Source of the DNA: Curvularia clavata
Taxonomy: Eukaryota
Direction: 5' to 3'
DNA: 64,000 nt
Assembly (NCBI GenBank): GCA_023920165.1
Contig: CP089278.1
Coordinates: 2,294,001 to 2,358,000, forward strand
The position numbers and the translations under genes were made by a program. This document shows positions 35,685 through 49,242 of the stretch, in pieces (position 1 is the stretch's first letter; each line of letters starts with the position of its first letter). The notes below the pieces were generated by a model, which made no database searches, had not been told where the DNA came from, and saw nothing but the letters and a program-made list of their open reading frames with translations.

Positions 35685-37312
35685 ATGTCTAGCCTGGTCG
35701 CACGGCTGGAAGAGCGCACCAGAGTGGCCGCGCAGTCAGCTCGACACTACTGCACCAAGACACAGGGCGAACTGCGCATGGCTCTCAGAGACACCACGCT
35801 GTCCCCTAAAGCATCACTTTACATTGGCCTCGTCATCGTCACATGCATCTGGCTCGCCATCGCATTCACGCGTCACGTGCGTTCACGAAGAGCACGACGC
35901 AACAGCACTCGACCCAGTACCCCGAATCTCGAAAAACGGTCACCATTGCGGGCGCCGGAGCGACAATTTGGCGGTAAGTCCCAAAATGGTTTCTACCATT
36001 TCTCCTTCTCTCCCTCTCTTTCTCTCTCTCTCTCTCTATCGAAATCGACAATCTAATCAAAGGCTATATAGAATGGCGACCTCACCCCTTCATCCGCCCA
36101 CAGGCCTCGCCCTACCCCAATTGGTCTCTTACAGAGACCAAACCCCTCCCCTACCGGCCCTTCCGCTACGGTCCCAAGTACAACATTACCATGGGTTTGC
36201 GCAGCATGCATTGGGACGAATGGATCGAGCTGGACAACGAGTATCTGCGGTACCATTCACTCAAAGCGTCTCGCATCGCGTCCCGAGGCGACAAATGCAT
36301 CAAGACGGCACCGCAAGCATGGGATGCGGCGGTCGAGTTGCTCGAGGAACTCGCAGCGTACCTGCCTGAACGGTATCCGAGTTTGTTTGGCAAGACGCTA
36401 GAAGGGTTTTTGAAGAATCTGGCGACAAATGAGATGTTTGATGTGCAGCGGCTGGAGAGGAATGGTGAGAGAGAGGATCCGATGGCGCTTTGTGCAAGGT
36501 TGGTGCAGGATGATCTGGCGATTATGATGGAAGGGGCTGATGGACAGTACTATCTCCTTGCTGGGGCGATTTTGTTGCCAGGCTTTTGGAGGCTGCAGGA
36601 TAAGTTTGGCATGGGGTTGAGTGAGATTCATACGAGTGGGGATGTGCCGGGGTATGTGGTCTCTACCTTTTCCGACTTTCTGGTTTTTGTTCAATGGGTT
36701 GTAGTATGGGATGCGAATGGCTAACGTGGGCTTTACAGATTCAAGGAGAAGCTGGAAAAGGGCATGATGAATTTCTTCCGGAGGATTCAGCCGCCGAGTC
36801 CCATGCTGCGGAATAACTACTTTATCCAGGTGGATGATGGGCTGGCGTGGAGCGAGAGCATTGGGAGTGAAGATGCGACTGCAGAGGGAGAGGTGGGGTG
36901 GTTTACGGCGGAGAAGAACAAGGCAATTGAGCATCACTATTTCCGGAGTGAAAGGCAGAGCTTGAGACGGTATGTTTGCTGTTCAATTTCTTGTTTGTCC
37001 TTGGCTCGTTTGCTTCTTAGTTGGAAAAGTGTCACATGTCTAACTTTGCACAGACTGCCTAGATCGGGAGGCGTCGTGTTTACCATCCGAACCTACATGC
37101 ACCCCATCACGAGTCTTGCACAGGAACCATATGTACCTGGTCGTCTGGCCAGTGCCGTGCGGTCCTGGGGCGATGATGTGAGTCGCTACAAGGGAAAAGA
37201 GAGATACGGGGAAGTATTGCTCGAGTATCTGGACAGAATGGATGCCGAGCAAAAGGAGCGAGGCATCATTGAAGAGGGCGCTGAGAGGACCGAGACGGGA
37301 TATCCTTTCTAG
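35685..37312 (+). CDS. DUF3445 / heme-dependent oxidative N-demethylase alpha-subunit-like protein, 4 exons (35685-35973, 36072-36651, 36739-36969, 37054-37312)
   Basis: Motifs PLPYRPFR, ITMGL..WIELD, LVQDDLAIM, LPGFWRLQDKFGMGLSEIHTSGDVPG, RNNYFIQ, RSERQSLRRLPRSGGVVFTIRTY; predicted N-terminal TM helix (LYIGLVIVTCIWLAIAF). Confidence 0.85.
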
Positions 37313-38537
37313 AAATGGATCAACTGGATAAGGGTCAAAACGGCCATGCAGACTATACTACTAATAATCCCAATGCTATTTCAACGCGTGTCGCGATGCG
37401 ATATTATCAATTCACAAGCATGTCCGAGCTCGGTAGCCAAGCCATCCGAAGGAAAATCACGTTGACCTTATTTGGACAGGGTGCACTGTACGCTAAACGA
37501 GCATTCGGGCCGGGTTCTTTTGGCGTGAACTTGTACGGAGCGCTGCAGGTTCTGCCCAAGGCGGGCCAGTCGTGGTTGGGCTACACCTGGCGCCATGTGG
37601 GCATGCGACGTTTGGAATGGTAGCGACATGTGCATGATGGAAGAAGCAGGGCTTGTGTACACGCCCTGGCAGGCGTGTCGAGGCCACGGAGACGACTTGG
37701 GATCAGCGGATAGACGGTGTGGATATGCGTGTGCGGAAATGGGCAGTGGTGAGTGGATGTTCTGATGCTCATAGCGAGCGTTACCATGGTTGATGTCGTG
37801 CAGGTCCAGGGCGCGACCCTTGTTGTATTGGTGTGACGCAACAAGGGTAAGGCGCAGGTCTGCCGAGTCAGTCAGTGAGGATGAGAGTGGAGGCAGTTCT
37901 GAGGTAGGAAATTGCGAGGGCGGTTTTTTTCTTTATCTTTTTTTGTTTTCTTGTCTCTTTGGGTTGGAAGTCGAGGGTGGTGCAGCAGCAGGGTGTGCAG
38001 ATGTAATATTATGACCAGTATGTATGGGGCTTGCGGAAATGAGCCGGCTTGGAGGCAGCGGGAGCGTCATGGCGAGCTGGTTGCCATGGATGGCTTGGCA
38101 ACGCGACGGGACAGCCTATCAGCGGGGCGAGGCTGCACGTGAGAGAGGGCGATCCGCAGCGAGCGGGCGAGGACGCTGGCGAGTGTTGCTCAAGGTGTTA
38201 TTGTTGTTGTGTATAATATTGGCGCCCTGTGCCGCGCAATCTCATGGTGGTTGCTGAGGGCGCGGGCGGCCGTTGGGCCCAAGCAGGGCGGGGGTTGGGA
38301 TCAAGCCTGCCAGTGCACGCCTGGTTCCCGACGTAATAGTCTTCGCCGGCGCGCACGGTAGTGCATACTGGCAGAGGGCAAAAGAAACGCGCGCCCGGGA
38401 TGGCCATGCAGCGTCGAGTGCTTGGGGCAAGCGTCGTCAAGATACGCACGTAGGATTGATATGCTTACTACTGTCGTCCTGTCGCCGTTCAGCCAGCGGG
38501 GGCAGCAGAGTGATCCGACGAACCCCAGCTGCAGCCA

Positions 38538-38673
38538 GCTTGCTTGCTTGCTTGCTTGCTTGAGCCAGCATGGCCTAGGGACGGCCAGGGCGGGCGGGCG
38601 GGCGCTGGCTGGTGAATGGACAATGGCTGGCGTCGAGGGCGCATGGCGGATGGCCGACGGCGTCTGGCCAAAT

Positions 38674-38705
<32 letters not shown>
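38538..38705. repeat. (GCTT)n and (CACTCT)n microsatellites upstream of the LTE1-like gene
   Basis: GCTT x6 at about 38538-38561; CACTCT x5 at about 38675-38704. Confidence 0.85.
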
Positions 38706-38790
38706 GTCTGCCCTCTGCTCGCCTCGGTGCCCTCCTCTCGTCGCTCCACCCTCACCTCCGCCCTGCCTCGCTCCACGACTATGGAGGACA

Positions 38791-41700
38791 ATGGCCCTAC
38801 CCGCCCTGCCTCAGAATAACACTGGCCTGCCCGCTCCCTCGTCGCCGGCCCAGGCTGCCAAACACGACGCCCTGCCCGCGCCCCAAACCGCCCCAGACAC
38901 CCCCAAGCGGCGCGCAGACGACTCGCGACGCCTGCGACGGGTCAAAGACTCGCGCGAGCAGCTCAAGACGAGGACGAGGGCGCGCGGCATCAGCAATGCC
39001 ACCATCGACACCACCACCAGCAACTCGACCGCTGCCGGCCGCTCCTACACCGTCGCCAATGTCCACAACGGCGTCATCTACCTGAGGTACATAGACAATA
39101 TACAAAGCACCTTACAACAAGCATCCATACTGACGTCGTCACTGCAGGCCCGTCGTCCGCCCGGGCAACCAGCGAGGCCGCCCCCAGCCAGATCCCTTTG
39201 TCTTCCCGCCCCAGACGCCCCCCGACAGCGCAACCCGCGACCCGCTGCGCCCGCTGAGCGACCAGCTCGAAGGCAGTCTCTACGGCTCTTCCTCGCCCAA
39301 GTCGGAGCCCTCGCCCCCGTTGCCAGACCTGAGTGAAGATCATGTCGCCGCCCACTACTCGCACCGCCATCGCCCTCACCATCATCACCACTATGCATCC
39401 CCAGACTCAGCCGGACGACCGCCCCATGCTCGCTCCCACTCCTTCTCCATAGCTGACGACCACACCCCCGCCACCTTCCCCAACGAGCCCGGCACCTTCA
39501 AGGTCGTCATCGAACGCCCGGGGCATGTCCGCCCCAAGACCGCTGACACTTCCTCATTCCCCATGTTGCAAGTGCCTATTCCGCATTACCGCTTGGGCAC
39601 TCCGCGTTTCAGCACACGCGGGACCGTTGACCTGCGCAGCTCAATCTACACGGGAACCTCAGGCGCCGACGACTTTGCTAATTCCCTGCTCGTCCCGCCG
39701 CACAGCGCCCGTCAGTCGTTCCTGTCATCCCGTACGCGTTCAGACGCCTATTCGCCCGTACCTCACAGGTTCCGCGCCACCATGGACCGCCCTCCCTTGC
39801 CACTCTCCGGACCTTCATCTGCCCGCGTCTCTCACTTCCCAATTAGCCCCCGCCTGTATGATGCACTGGCTGCCAACCCGGACGACAGGGCCGTCGTACG
39901 CTTCAATGCTGAGGGCGACATTCTCGCTGCCACGCCCTCTCGACTAGTCGCCCACATCACCTCGCCAAGTTTTCTCGACTACGAATTGCTGTCTGACTTC
40001 TTCCTCACGTTTCGTGCCTTCTTATGCTCCCGTGATCTCGTTGCCTATCTCATTGCCCGGCTACGATGGGCCGTCGACCGCCAGGATGACTTTGGCCGCA
40101 TTGTCCGAGTGCGCACATTTGTGGCGCTCCGCCATTGGATTCTCAATTACTTTGTCGACGACTTTATGCCATTCTACCGCTTACGAGTCATTTTCTGCAA
40201 TCTGGTCAACAGCCTGTACAACGATCTACGTGCTCGCCATGACGGAGGTGGAGGAGACATCAACATTGTGGGTGAGCTGAAGAAATGCTGGAGACGAACT
40301 TGCGCACTATATTGGGACACAGGCGACCCCGTCGACCGCAATTACGCAGACGGCCCACTGCTTCCAGGTGGCACAGACGATGGTTCACAAATATCGCTTG
40401 AAGAGCCCTATCCGATCCCGCAAATGCCTAGCACACCCCCACGAGCCAATGTACGCGATACCAAGGAGACTGTTGGATCGAACCCAAGCGATCACTTTGC
40501 CAGTCGGCACATGGACTGGGCCCAGAGATCTCGGCATACGCCGCAGAACTCCATGAGCACCCCCTTCTTACCATCACAGGAACACGAGACCCCTCAGGTA
40601 CCAATATCTCCCTCGAGTGACCGCAGCATACACGTCCTATCCTGCTCTATCCCCAAGCGAGGAAACAACAAGAATGAGCAGAACGTCGAACTGCCTCTGT
40701 ATCCGCACCCGGTGCCGGCCACTCAACCAGCTGCTAGTGGCACAGCTCGCCTAGCAGCCAGTCCACAACAGCCGACATCTCTGAAGAACAACCAACGTCC
40801 GGATCGCGCCCACAAGCGCAGTGGCAGTTTCTCGGATGCCCTCAGAGACAGCAGAGCACCCTTGTCTATACCCAAGAACACAGCAAATGATTACACCATC
40901 TCTGCTGTAGCCAACATGCCTGGCACCCTGGTGCGCGGTGGACTCATTCAACCAGGCTCACCATATTTCCAAGTCAAAAGCCTACGATCCGCATCGTCTC
41001 ACCAGCTCACCGCGTCTGAGGAATTGGACCTGAATGAATTCCGAGGGCAAGGACAAGCCAATGCACCAGGTATGAAGAAAATCCTGGGCAGTGTACGGCG
41101 TGCTCTTAGTACTCGACAACAACCGACTGTAGGTTCTCACCTATCCGGACCCCTACAGCAGCGACAGGCACCTTACGGTCGATGTTCCAACCCAGGCGCT
41201 GTCCCAACTACCTCGGCCTCAGGGGGAGTGCAGAAGCGACGTACGGCCCGACCCAGGCCTCAGATGCGTATGGATGTACTTGCAGCCACAGTTGCCGAAA
41301 GCTTTAGACGAGCGGTTCAAGAGCAATTGGAAAGCGAAGGGCAAGAAAACCCCGATGGTGAGGCTCCCAGTCTCAATGGGTTTGAATTCGAGTTTGACGG
41401 GCGCGGTGCTCCAGCCCAAAATGACAGTCAGCCCTCACGCCCTAAACCGGATCCTCGTGTGCACAGTAACATCACCAGTGGTAGCAAGTCAATAGTCATT
41501 ATCGACGACACTGGGGCACCGCCGTTGCCAACTACAAGCTCCTTGCCCGCTGAGCTTGACAAGGTGGCAGCAAAGTTGGACAGCCACCAACGGAGCCTGT
41601 CCAACGATGCGCCCTTGGCCGATGATGCCAACTCGATACAGGACTCCCGTCTTCACGACAAAGCCGAATCTCGCTCTCTTGTAGACGACCACCGCAGGTC

Positions 41701-44010
41701 ACGCACTCCTACCAGACAGTCCCATACAAGACACAGGCAATCCATGTCAGCCGGTCCAGAAGGCATGCATTCTTTCCGACGCAGGGGTTCGGTCAAGAAT
41801 TCATTGGCACGTGCAGGCTCTCTTCGTCGCCATGCCTCCCACAACAGCGTGCTTAGCAGGCCGCGAGGTCCTGCCAGTATCGCTACGTTTCAAACCATGT
41901 CGTCCGACAATGACCCCTTCTTTCTCGACCGTCAGCCGGCTGCTGAAGCTGCCGGACCGCCACGGCAGCTTCGTCGACGGCCAGGTGGTGACCTCCGTGC
42001 TGCAGACAATGTCCATGATCTCGAACAAGTGCAGCGACCCTACTCTACGGGATCCGTCTCAAACCACACACACTCCATTACAAACTCGGTGGTTCTTCAC
42101 TCGGATCGATTCGTCGATTCGGAACCAAACTTTCGCCGTACAGTGGAAGGGCCTCCTGGTGCGGAAACTCCAAGAAAGCCAATCTCCTTGGTAGATACGC
42201 ATTCATCCCAACCCAACCTCAGGCCATCTTTCGAAGCCGAAGTAGCAAAGCTTGCTGCCTTGCCTGACGATACTGACGACGAAGGTGGAGTCGAGTCGGC
42301 GTTGATGAAGTTGGAAGGCCGATATGAGAAGAAGTCACCCAGTATACCCTCGCAGAGAACTACGGTTGACTTGGGATATGGTCATCACGCACTCCAACAC
42401 TTTGAGCCGAGCTTTCAACCTATTACCTCCGAGCATGAGGACCGCCCTGCAACTGATGATGTCTTCCATCGTCCATTGGCTCCTCCTGATACGGAAGGTC
42501 AAGGCATGTACAGGCTTTCGGCTGAGAACTTCAACAGTCGTGTGCCGCCAGCCAAATCTGCTGGCGGATCAACCGACTCTTGTTCCTCTATACCCCTTCT
42601 CGATCGACAGTTTAGTGAAATGAGTCCTTCACAACAAGCGCACGAGCTGGAATCTATGGCGTCTTCAGCCAAACCCTCGCCTCTACAGGTTGGCACCTCT
42701 TCGCCGCAACCTGACCAGCCACCTGGTACATCTTCGTCGATGAATTCGTCCATGGAATACGTTGAGGAGACGGAAAGCATGAGGAGGATACCTGCTGGTG
42801 AAACCTTGCCTGCTCAATCTTATGTGCGCGAGTCTTTTCTTCTGGATGAAGACGAAGACCTCAGTGATGAAGTTTCTGCCCCTGCTATTCATTCAGGTCA
42901 TGCCAGTTATGGTATGAAGAGTTTCCTGGACGATCGACCAACACCTCCTGAGGGTGTCCCCGAAAACTTGCCAACCCATCCCATGCGCCATCCGCCGACT
43001 CCACCTCCCACGGCTCCTCAACTGCACAATTCTTTGCCCAACTCAACAGTCTTCGATGAAGGTCTCCCGACCCCAGGCCTTACACCCACCGTCTCACACT
43101 CCAACCAACAAGGGCCTGCACAACCTGAGCGTCCAGCTAGTTCTCCAGATGAGCCCCAGAGCCTCCATCCTAGTCCGGAAACAATCTCACACTTGCCTTT
43201 TATCTTTGCATACGACTCAGATGTTCTCGCTCAGCAGTTCACTATTGTAGAAAAGGATGCACTGGATGAAATTGATTGGAAAGAACTCATCGAACTGCGT
43301 TGGAAGCAGTCATCACCACAGATCCGTGACTGGGTGCAGTATCTTCGGACCGAGGAAGCTAGGGGAGTTGACGTTGTCATTGCCCGTTTCAACCTTGTCG
43401 TCAAATGGGTTGTATCTGAGTGCCTTCTCACCGAGAGTATCCATGAACGCGCTCAATGTATCATCAAGTTCATCCACATTGCAAACTATGCGCGGCGGTA
43501 CCGTAATTACGCCACCATGTACCAAATCGCCATCGCCTTGATATCCAACGATATTTCGAGTCTCAAAAAGACGTGGGCGCTGGTTCCTGCGGCCGAGATG
43601 CTGGTTATGACAGAGCTGGAGGATCTAGTCCAGCCCATGAAGAACTTCCATAACCTGCGGCTCGAGATGGAAACAGCCTCTGTCGACGACGGTTGCATTC
43701 CATTTATTGGTGAGTAAAATGACGGTATCGATCTGATCAACACTAATACTTGACAGGCGTTTACACCCGGGACCTCATCTACAACGCACAAAAGCCTGCA
43801 TTCATCGATGCACCCCCAGTTGACGGTGAGCGCCTTGTCAACTTCGACCGCCACCACACGGCTGCCACCATTGTCAAGAACCTTCTCCGTCTCCTTGAGG
43901 CAAGTTCCAAGTATACTTTCAAGGTCGAACCCCACATTCTCAGCAAATGTCTTTGGCTGGCTGCGCTTAGCGATGAAGAGATACATCGGCGCAGCCGCCA
44001 GTGTAAATGA
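38791..44010 (+). CDS. LTE1: Ras-family guanine nucleotide exchange factor, Lte1-like, 3 exons (38791-39086, 39148-43709, 43757-44010)
   Basis: REM domain (DYELLSDFFLTFRAF, VRTFVALRHWILNYF) separated by a long low-complexity spacer from a CDC25 domain (LAQQFTIVEKDAL..IDWKELI, RNYATMYQI, GCIPFIGVY, VNFDR). This split architecture is typical of Lte1. Start codon inferred. Confidence 0.85.
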
Positions 44011-44888
44011 TCTCACATCTTGTGATTATCTTCTCATACATTTGTTCGTTTCCTTCGTGTTTGAGGGAGGTAAAGTCTCGGATACAGACTATTTTGTTTA
44101 GCGTTCTTTTTTTTTTCTCTTGCTAATACCCGTTCTGCGCATTATCAGCGCTGCATCAACCCGACACGATGTCATGACTCCCATATACTACTCGCCTATT
44201 GTTTTATACATTCACTCGACCCTTTGTGGCCACCACCGCATCAGCACCTTCTACTCGCTAGATCTAATAGCTCACGCGTGGGAAAGATATCATTGGTTTT
44301 TGGAGCGTTCAGTATTCAGTACAGTAACGGCAATCCACGGCGAGGCGTTTGGTATTACAACTACACGTATACACCACAAACACATGCCATTGGCGAATAT
44401 TCAATATTATTTAATTAGCACTTCACCAGTACACATTCCAGTGTAAGCGTGTATGTAATAGTTTTCGTGAAAAGTAAGACATGACGTCGATTGATGGTTT
44501 CAGAGTCATCGTTCGAGCGAGCCTCATATTGACTTGGACGCCTAGTGGGGGCGGCGAGGCTCACACGCGACGCGATCCCAGCCATCTGTGGAGTGGAGGC
44601 TGCAGGTGGTCAGCCTTACTCCCACGATAGTGCCACAGCCACAGCACCCACACACCATAACGCGGTCAGGCGCGCACATGATGACGATCAACTACTATTG
44701 AAGTTTTTTATAACCCATCTGTTGCACTTTCTTATCCTGAGGCATCTGCCTTGTATCACGTTTGGTGCTGTTCTCCCGCCGCACTGGAACCTGGTTGTAC
44801 ATTCCACCTTTCGTTCGCGATCCTTGAATGAGGCTGAAGTAAGCCAAGGCGCCGCAAACCTAGCCACCAAGGATGCCTCTGGTTCAGT

Positions 44889-47502
44889 ATGTCTAACATC
44901 AGGACCTCGGGCTCAGCGCTACCTTCCCCGCCCCCGCCTATAACTGTGGAGGATACGGCGACGGATCATACAGCGACTTCCAGTCCTGAGCTGGATGATA
45001 TGGACAGTAAGTCGTCCCAACACGAGAAGAGAAGGGAGAGTCTGGCAGCGTTCCATCAGTTCGGCTAGAGGCTGTATTGGACCATGAATACACTATAATA
45101 GTGTTCAGCCCAGGCGTCTTGTTGGGAAAAGCAGCGAATCATTACCTACTCAAATTGACTACTAACCTTCAAACAGCGCCCCAAGCTTACACGACATCTG
45201 CAAGCCAATACATCAAAATCGGAGATACCCAAACACGGCCCCAAGGATATCGAAGAGGAACCTTTGGTCACCGCCGCAAGCACAGTCCCAACCTTGAGTG
45301 GCGCCAACCATGGACCAAGGACAGCTGGCAACAAGGCCGTGTGCTGCTCATAGATTATGTCGCTAAAGAACACTCGGCTGGCAGAAGAAAAATCGTGGCT
45401 CAGGAGTTTTGCGACATCGATAGCTTGCGCCGATTCTACCGCAAAGAGGACCTGGCTGGGCAGGCAGCTCTACGTGTCATCCATGTTCAAAACGCTAGTT
45501 GGGCGACGCGCTTCCTCCTCCGCAAGTTCAACATCGATGCCAACGACGAACTTGTCGGTACAAGCTTTGGGCGATGGGCGCGCTATGAGAAGCCTCAGCA
45601 GCGCGGCGGCAAGCCTGTGCTAAATGGCAGGACCTTTCGTACCTCACGTGACCCATGGCGAGGCATTTCACGAGCAGCACTTGGTGCTGATTATCTCAAA
45701 CCGTATAGCAGGTATACACCCTTCCCTTTCAATGGAGGTAACAAGTCTATCATGGAGCTCAATCATTACGACGAAGAGGATCAGCCGAGGTACGGTTATG
45801 ACGTCTATGTGCAGCGATTGAGCGTGTATGTGCAGTGGAGCGATGGTACGCCGGGACAGGCAGTTGATCCTGACATACCGAATCCATACGATGAAGAGGC
45901 ATGGGATGAGTACATGCGGCTGAAGAAGAGCTATGGCAATGTAGACGCCAACGAGCACCCAGACAAGTATATCCCCAAACTCCGATCGCTTGACAATGGA
46001 AACACAATCATCATTTTTGAGAACTCGATTACCGGCTCCGTCAAAGACACTCTGATTGGGGCAAGACAGGAAATTGAGTCGAGATGGAGGCGTCTGTCTT
46101 TCTATCTGCCTGCAGATAATGAGGAGACCCTGACAGCGGAGTGCATGGATTTTGTGCTTCAGGATATCTTCAAGGCGTTGGCATATAACTGGCAGAAGTT
46201 TATGGGTTTGTGTGAAACGCACGTGGGGATTTTGGAGGACAAAAGTGAGTTTACATCTCTCTGAAGCAGGCCTCGCAGGCCTACCATACTCGAACCACCC
46301 TACTAATAACGCCTCAGTCTACGAGAACCCCGCCGACGAATCGCGAGCCCCTGAGCTCTGGAAAAACAGTGCCCAGTGGCTAAAAATAGAGCGTCTTATA
46401 TACATCCATCTTGACGTCGTCAAAGAAATGGTCAGCTATCTGCACGATCTCTCCGGTAACAACCCCAAAGAATCATCCAGCCAGCCGTGGTTAGGCTCCA
46501 TGCCAGATGAGATTGAAAAGTTGACTGGGCAATGGGAGAGAGATGTTATACTACCCACCTCGTCTCTATCAGACCTCATGTACAAGAGTGTTGGGATTAG
46601 AGATGCTCGACACTCGCTCCAACTGGGACTAAGCATGTGGCGCTTGAGCTGGATTACGTTCATGTAAGTCTCCTACGCCCATCACACTATTGCCAGTGTT
46701 ATATGCTTACTTGCCCCAAAGCTTTCTCCCCTTGACATTCACAGTGGGCCTCTTCGGCATGAACGTCTCGACGTTTGAATCCAACCCTGATATAAAATGG
46801 TGGTTCATTGTCTCTTTCCCCGTTCTCGCCGTCGTCCTCATCCTCTGGTACGGCGTCAAGCACAGTCTCGCCAGCCAGCGCCAAAACCCCATGCGCCGCG
46901 GCGTCTACGAAGCACTGTACCACGAACTCGCTACTGAGCACTCCTCCCTCTGGACCCGCCGCGGTCCACGCGATGGTGTAGTGCCCATAGGCTGGTGGGG
47001 GAATATCAAATGGCGCCTTATAACGCACTGGTTCGGCAAAGATAAAATGAAACTAGGACGAGACTACGATCCAGCAGCAGAAGAATTCGGCTCCTGGTCA
47101 CGCACAAAGCGTTGGCTTGCGCGCCGCTGGCTGGGCGAGTTGGCCGTTATGCCTCTTCCACAGGCCATGCCCAACCCCCCCAACTCTGCAAACCAACCAC
47201 CCATAGATACAGTGTCCGCATACCCTCTTGACAAGAATCTCGGCGCCATAGGCGAGCTCTTGAGTATCGCCACGCCTGTTGCGGTAGCCGAACTGGATCC
47301 CACGACGGCGAGTCGACTGCAGAGTAGGGTTCCCGTCGAGCGACTGCGTAGTTTGAGTCCCCCAGCGAGAGCGGCGAGTAGGAGTCGGAGTCGGAATAGT
47401 CAGGGGAGTAGTGATGGCGGAGTTATGGTCGAGGAGAAGAGTGAGGCGGTGCTTAGGGGGGAGATGGAGGGGGAGGAGGTATTGGAGACGCAGAGGCCGT
47501 GA
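44889..47502 (+). CDS. CorA-like (Mg2+ transporter superfamily) membrane protein, 4 exons (44889-45006, 45177-46244, 46318-46663, 46722-47502)
   Basis: SMWRLSWITFIFLPLTFTVGLFGMNV contains the CorA GMN signature, followed by a second TM helix (WWFIVSFPVLAVVLILW). Exon 1 is less certain than the others. Confidence 0.8.
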
Positions 47503-47819
47503 GAAAGATGGCGTGTGTATGTGTGTATGGTGTTTAGAGGCTCTTGCCAGATTTCCCTGCAGAAATGCTCGTTGCAACAATACTTAGCACAAGTCACCCG
47601 CACTGACTGACACAAGGCTAGATAGTTGGTTCATGCATTTCAAACCACAGTATCCTACAAAATACGTAGTAATCGATCGTACTCCGCAAATTCCATCGAG
47701 ACAAGATCCCCTTGCTCTCCCACATACAAGCTCTTCGATATGCAGACGAACCTGATCCCATAGTCCGCAAACTCCCTCTTTCCCCTTCTTTCCTAGAGAA
47801 AAAGAACTCACTTGCTCAT

Positions 47820-49242
47820 TCAAATCCTATTCCTCCGGCACTCCTCACAAACATTGAAATCGCACCTCGGACACCGCATAATAAACCTCGAATGATGCCG
47901 ATTGCACATCTCACACCGGAAGCCTTCCTTCGGCACACCCTCCGTGATGCGGGCAAAGCGGCCTGAATGATTACACTCATGGTTCTCCCGCAGATTAGCG
48001 AAAACACGGTCCACGCGGCGTTGGCGCTCAAGAGGTAGGATGTGGGGGTTGGTATCTCGCCTGACGATTTCTTGGGCGCGCTCGATGAGACGGTCTTCGT
48101 TGGCGATTGCGCAGCGACAATTCTTCCAGCGTGTGCCGCAGAGGTAGCAGAATTCGGCTTTGCAGTGGCATCTGTTTCGTTTGGGCGTGATTAGCTATGT
48201 TATGTATGCTTGAGATGGGTGGGAGGCTTGGGACTTGTGCTTTTCAAGAGAAGAGGAGAGAGACTCACGTCATATGGTTGCATCCACTTCGTAGATCGAC
48301 GACACGGTTGCAAGCATAGCATGTCTGCCACCCCAGGTTGCGAGCCAGATCCCTTGTCTGCTGTATTGCTGTGTCTTTAGGGCAGTCTTGGCCAGCATGA
48401 TACGCGTTTTTGCAGAGAGCGCATGTCGCTGTTGCGCAGTCGGGACATACGACTCGATTTGTACCCGCCTGGATGCTTGTAGGTAGAAGAAATCTCGAGC
48501 ACTGGCGGTTACTGCAGTAGGTTCTGTTGCGTGTGGAGTACTCCACTGCCGACAATTCGAATGTTGCAAGCTCCACGGGACTCATGTGCTTAGCAATTAG
48601 AGCTAGGGGAATAGGCTTCTTACAGCACCGAGGAGGATAGAGACTCTCGTCGCGGGTTGATCGCATAAAGAGGCCCTTGATGCAATTGATGCAATACTTG
48701 TCGTCACAGTTTAAAGTGATCAAGGAGGCTTGAGGGTACTGCTCCGCACAAGCGCAGCAGTGAGACTTAATGGAGAACTTGTTCAGGATGTCTGCGTGCC
48801 GCTCTGCAGGCGACATGGATGGACCGGCCTCAGTCTCGTCGTCGGAGACCGCATTGCGTGACGGTGCTAATGCTGCCTCTACCACCATGGACAAACGACC
48901 CAGGAAATTGGCATGCAGAGGGCCGACATGAGATGGTGGGGTTTCAATCTTAGGGTCGTTTTGGCTCAATTCCCAGGCGAAGCAGTGATCTTCACTTGCT
49001 TGTGCTTCCTGCTGGGAGATGTCCGCAATGACACGACTGTCAGATTGAACGGCTTCTCCGATGCTTTTAGCGAGTTTCTGGTCTTCCAGAAATGATTTGT
49101 AGTCGCGTAACTCGGCGCAGAACTCGTCGTACACAACCTCGATATTTGGCTTTTGACCTACAGGATGCTTTCCCTTTCTTGTATCGGAGTAGTGCTCAAG
49201 TTCTTCTAACTGCAGCGCCAGAGCAGTAAGTTCGTCATCCAT
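47820..49242 (-). CDS. RBR/IBR-domain E3 ubiquitin ligase (Ariadne-like), 2 exons (49242-48269, 48171-47820)
   Basis: RING1 (CCAC..CDDKYCINC..YPPRCC), IBR (YCSNRQC..CPDC..TCALC..H..C) and RING2 (CYAC..SGCNHMTCHCKAEFCYLCG) across intron 48172-48268. An alternative in-frame ATG lies at 49257. Confidence 0.88.
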
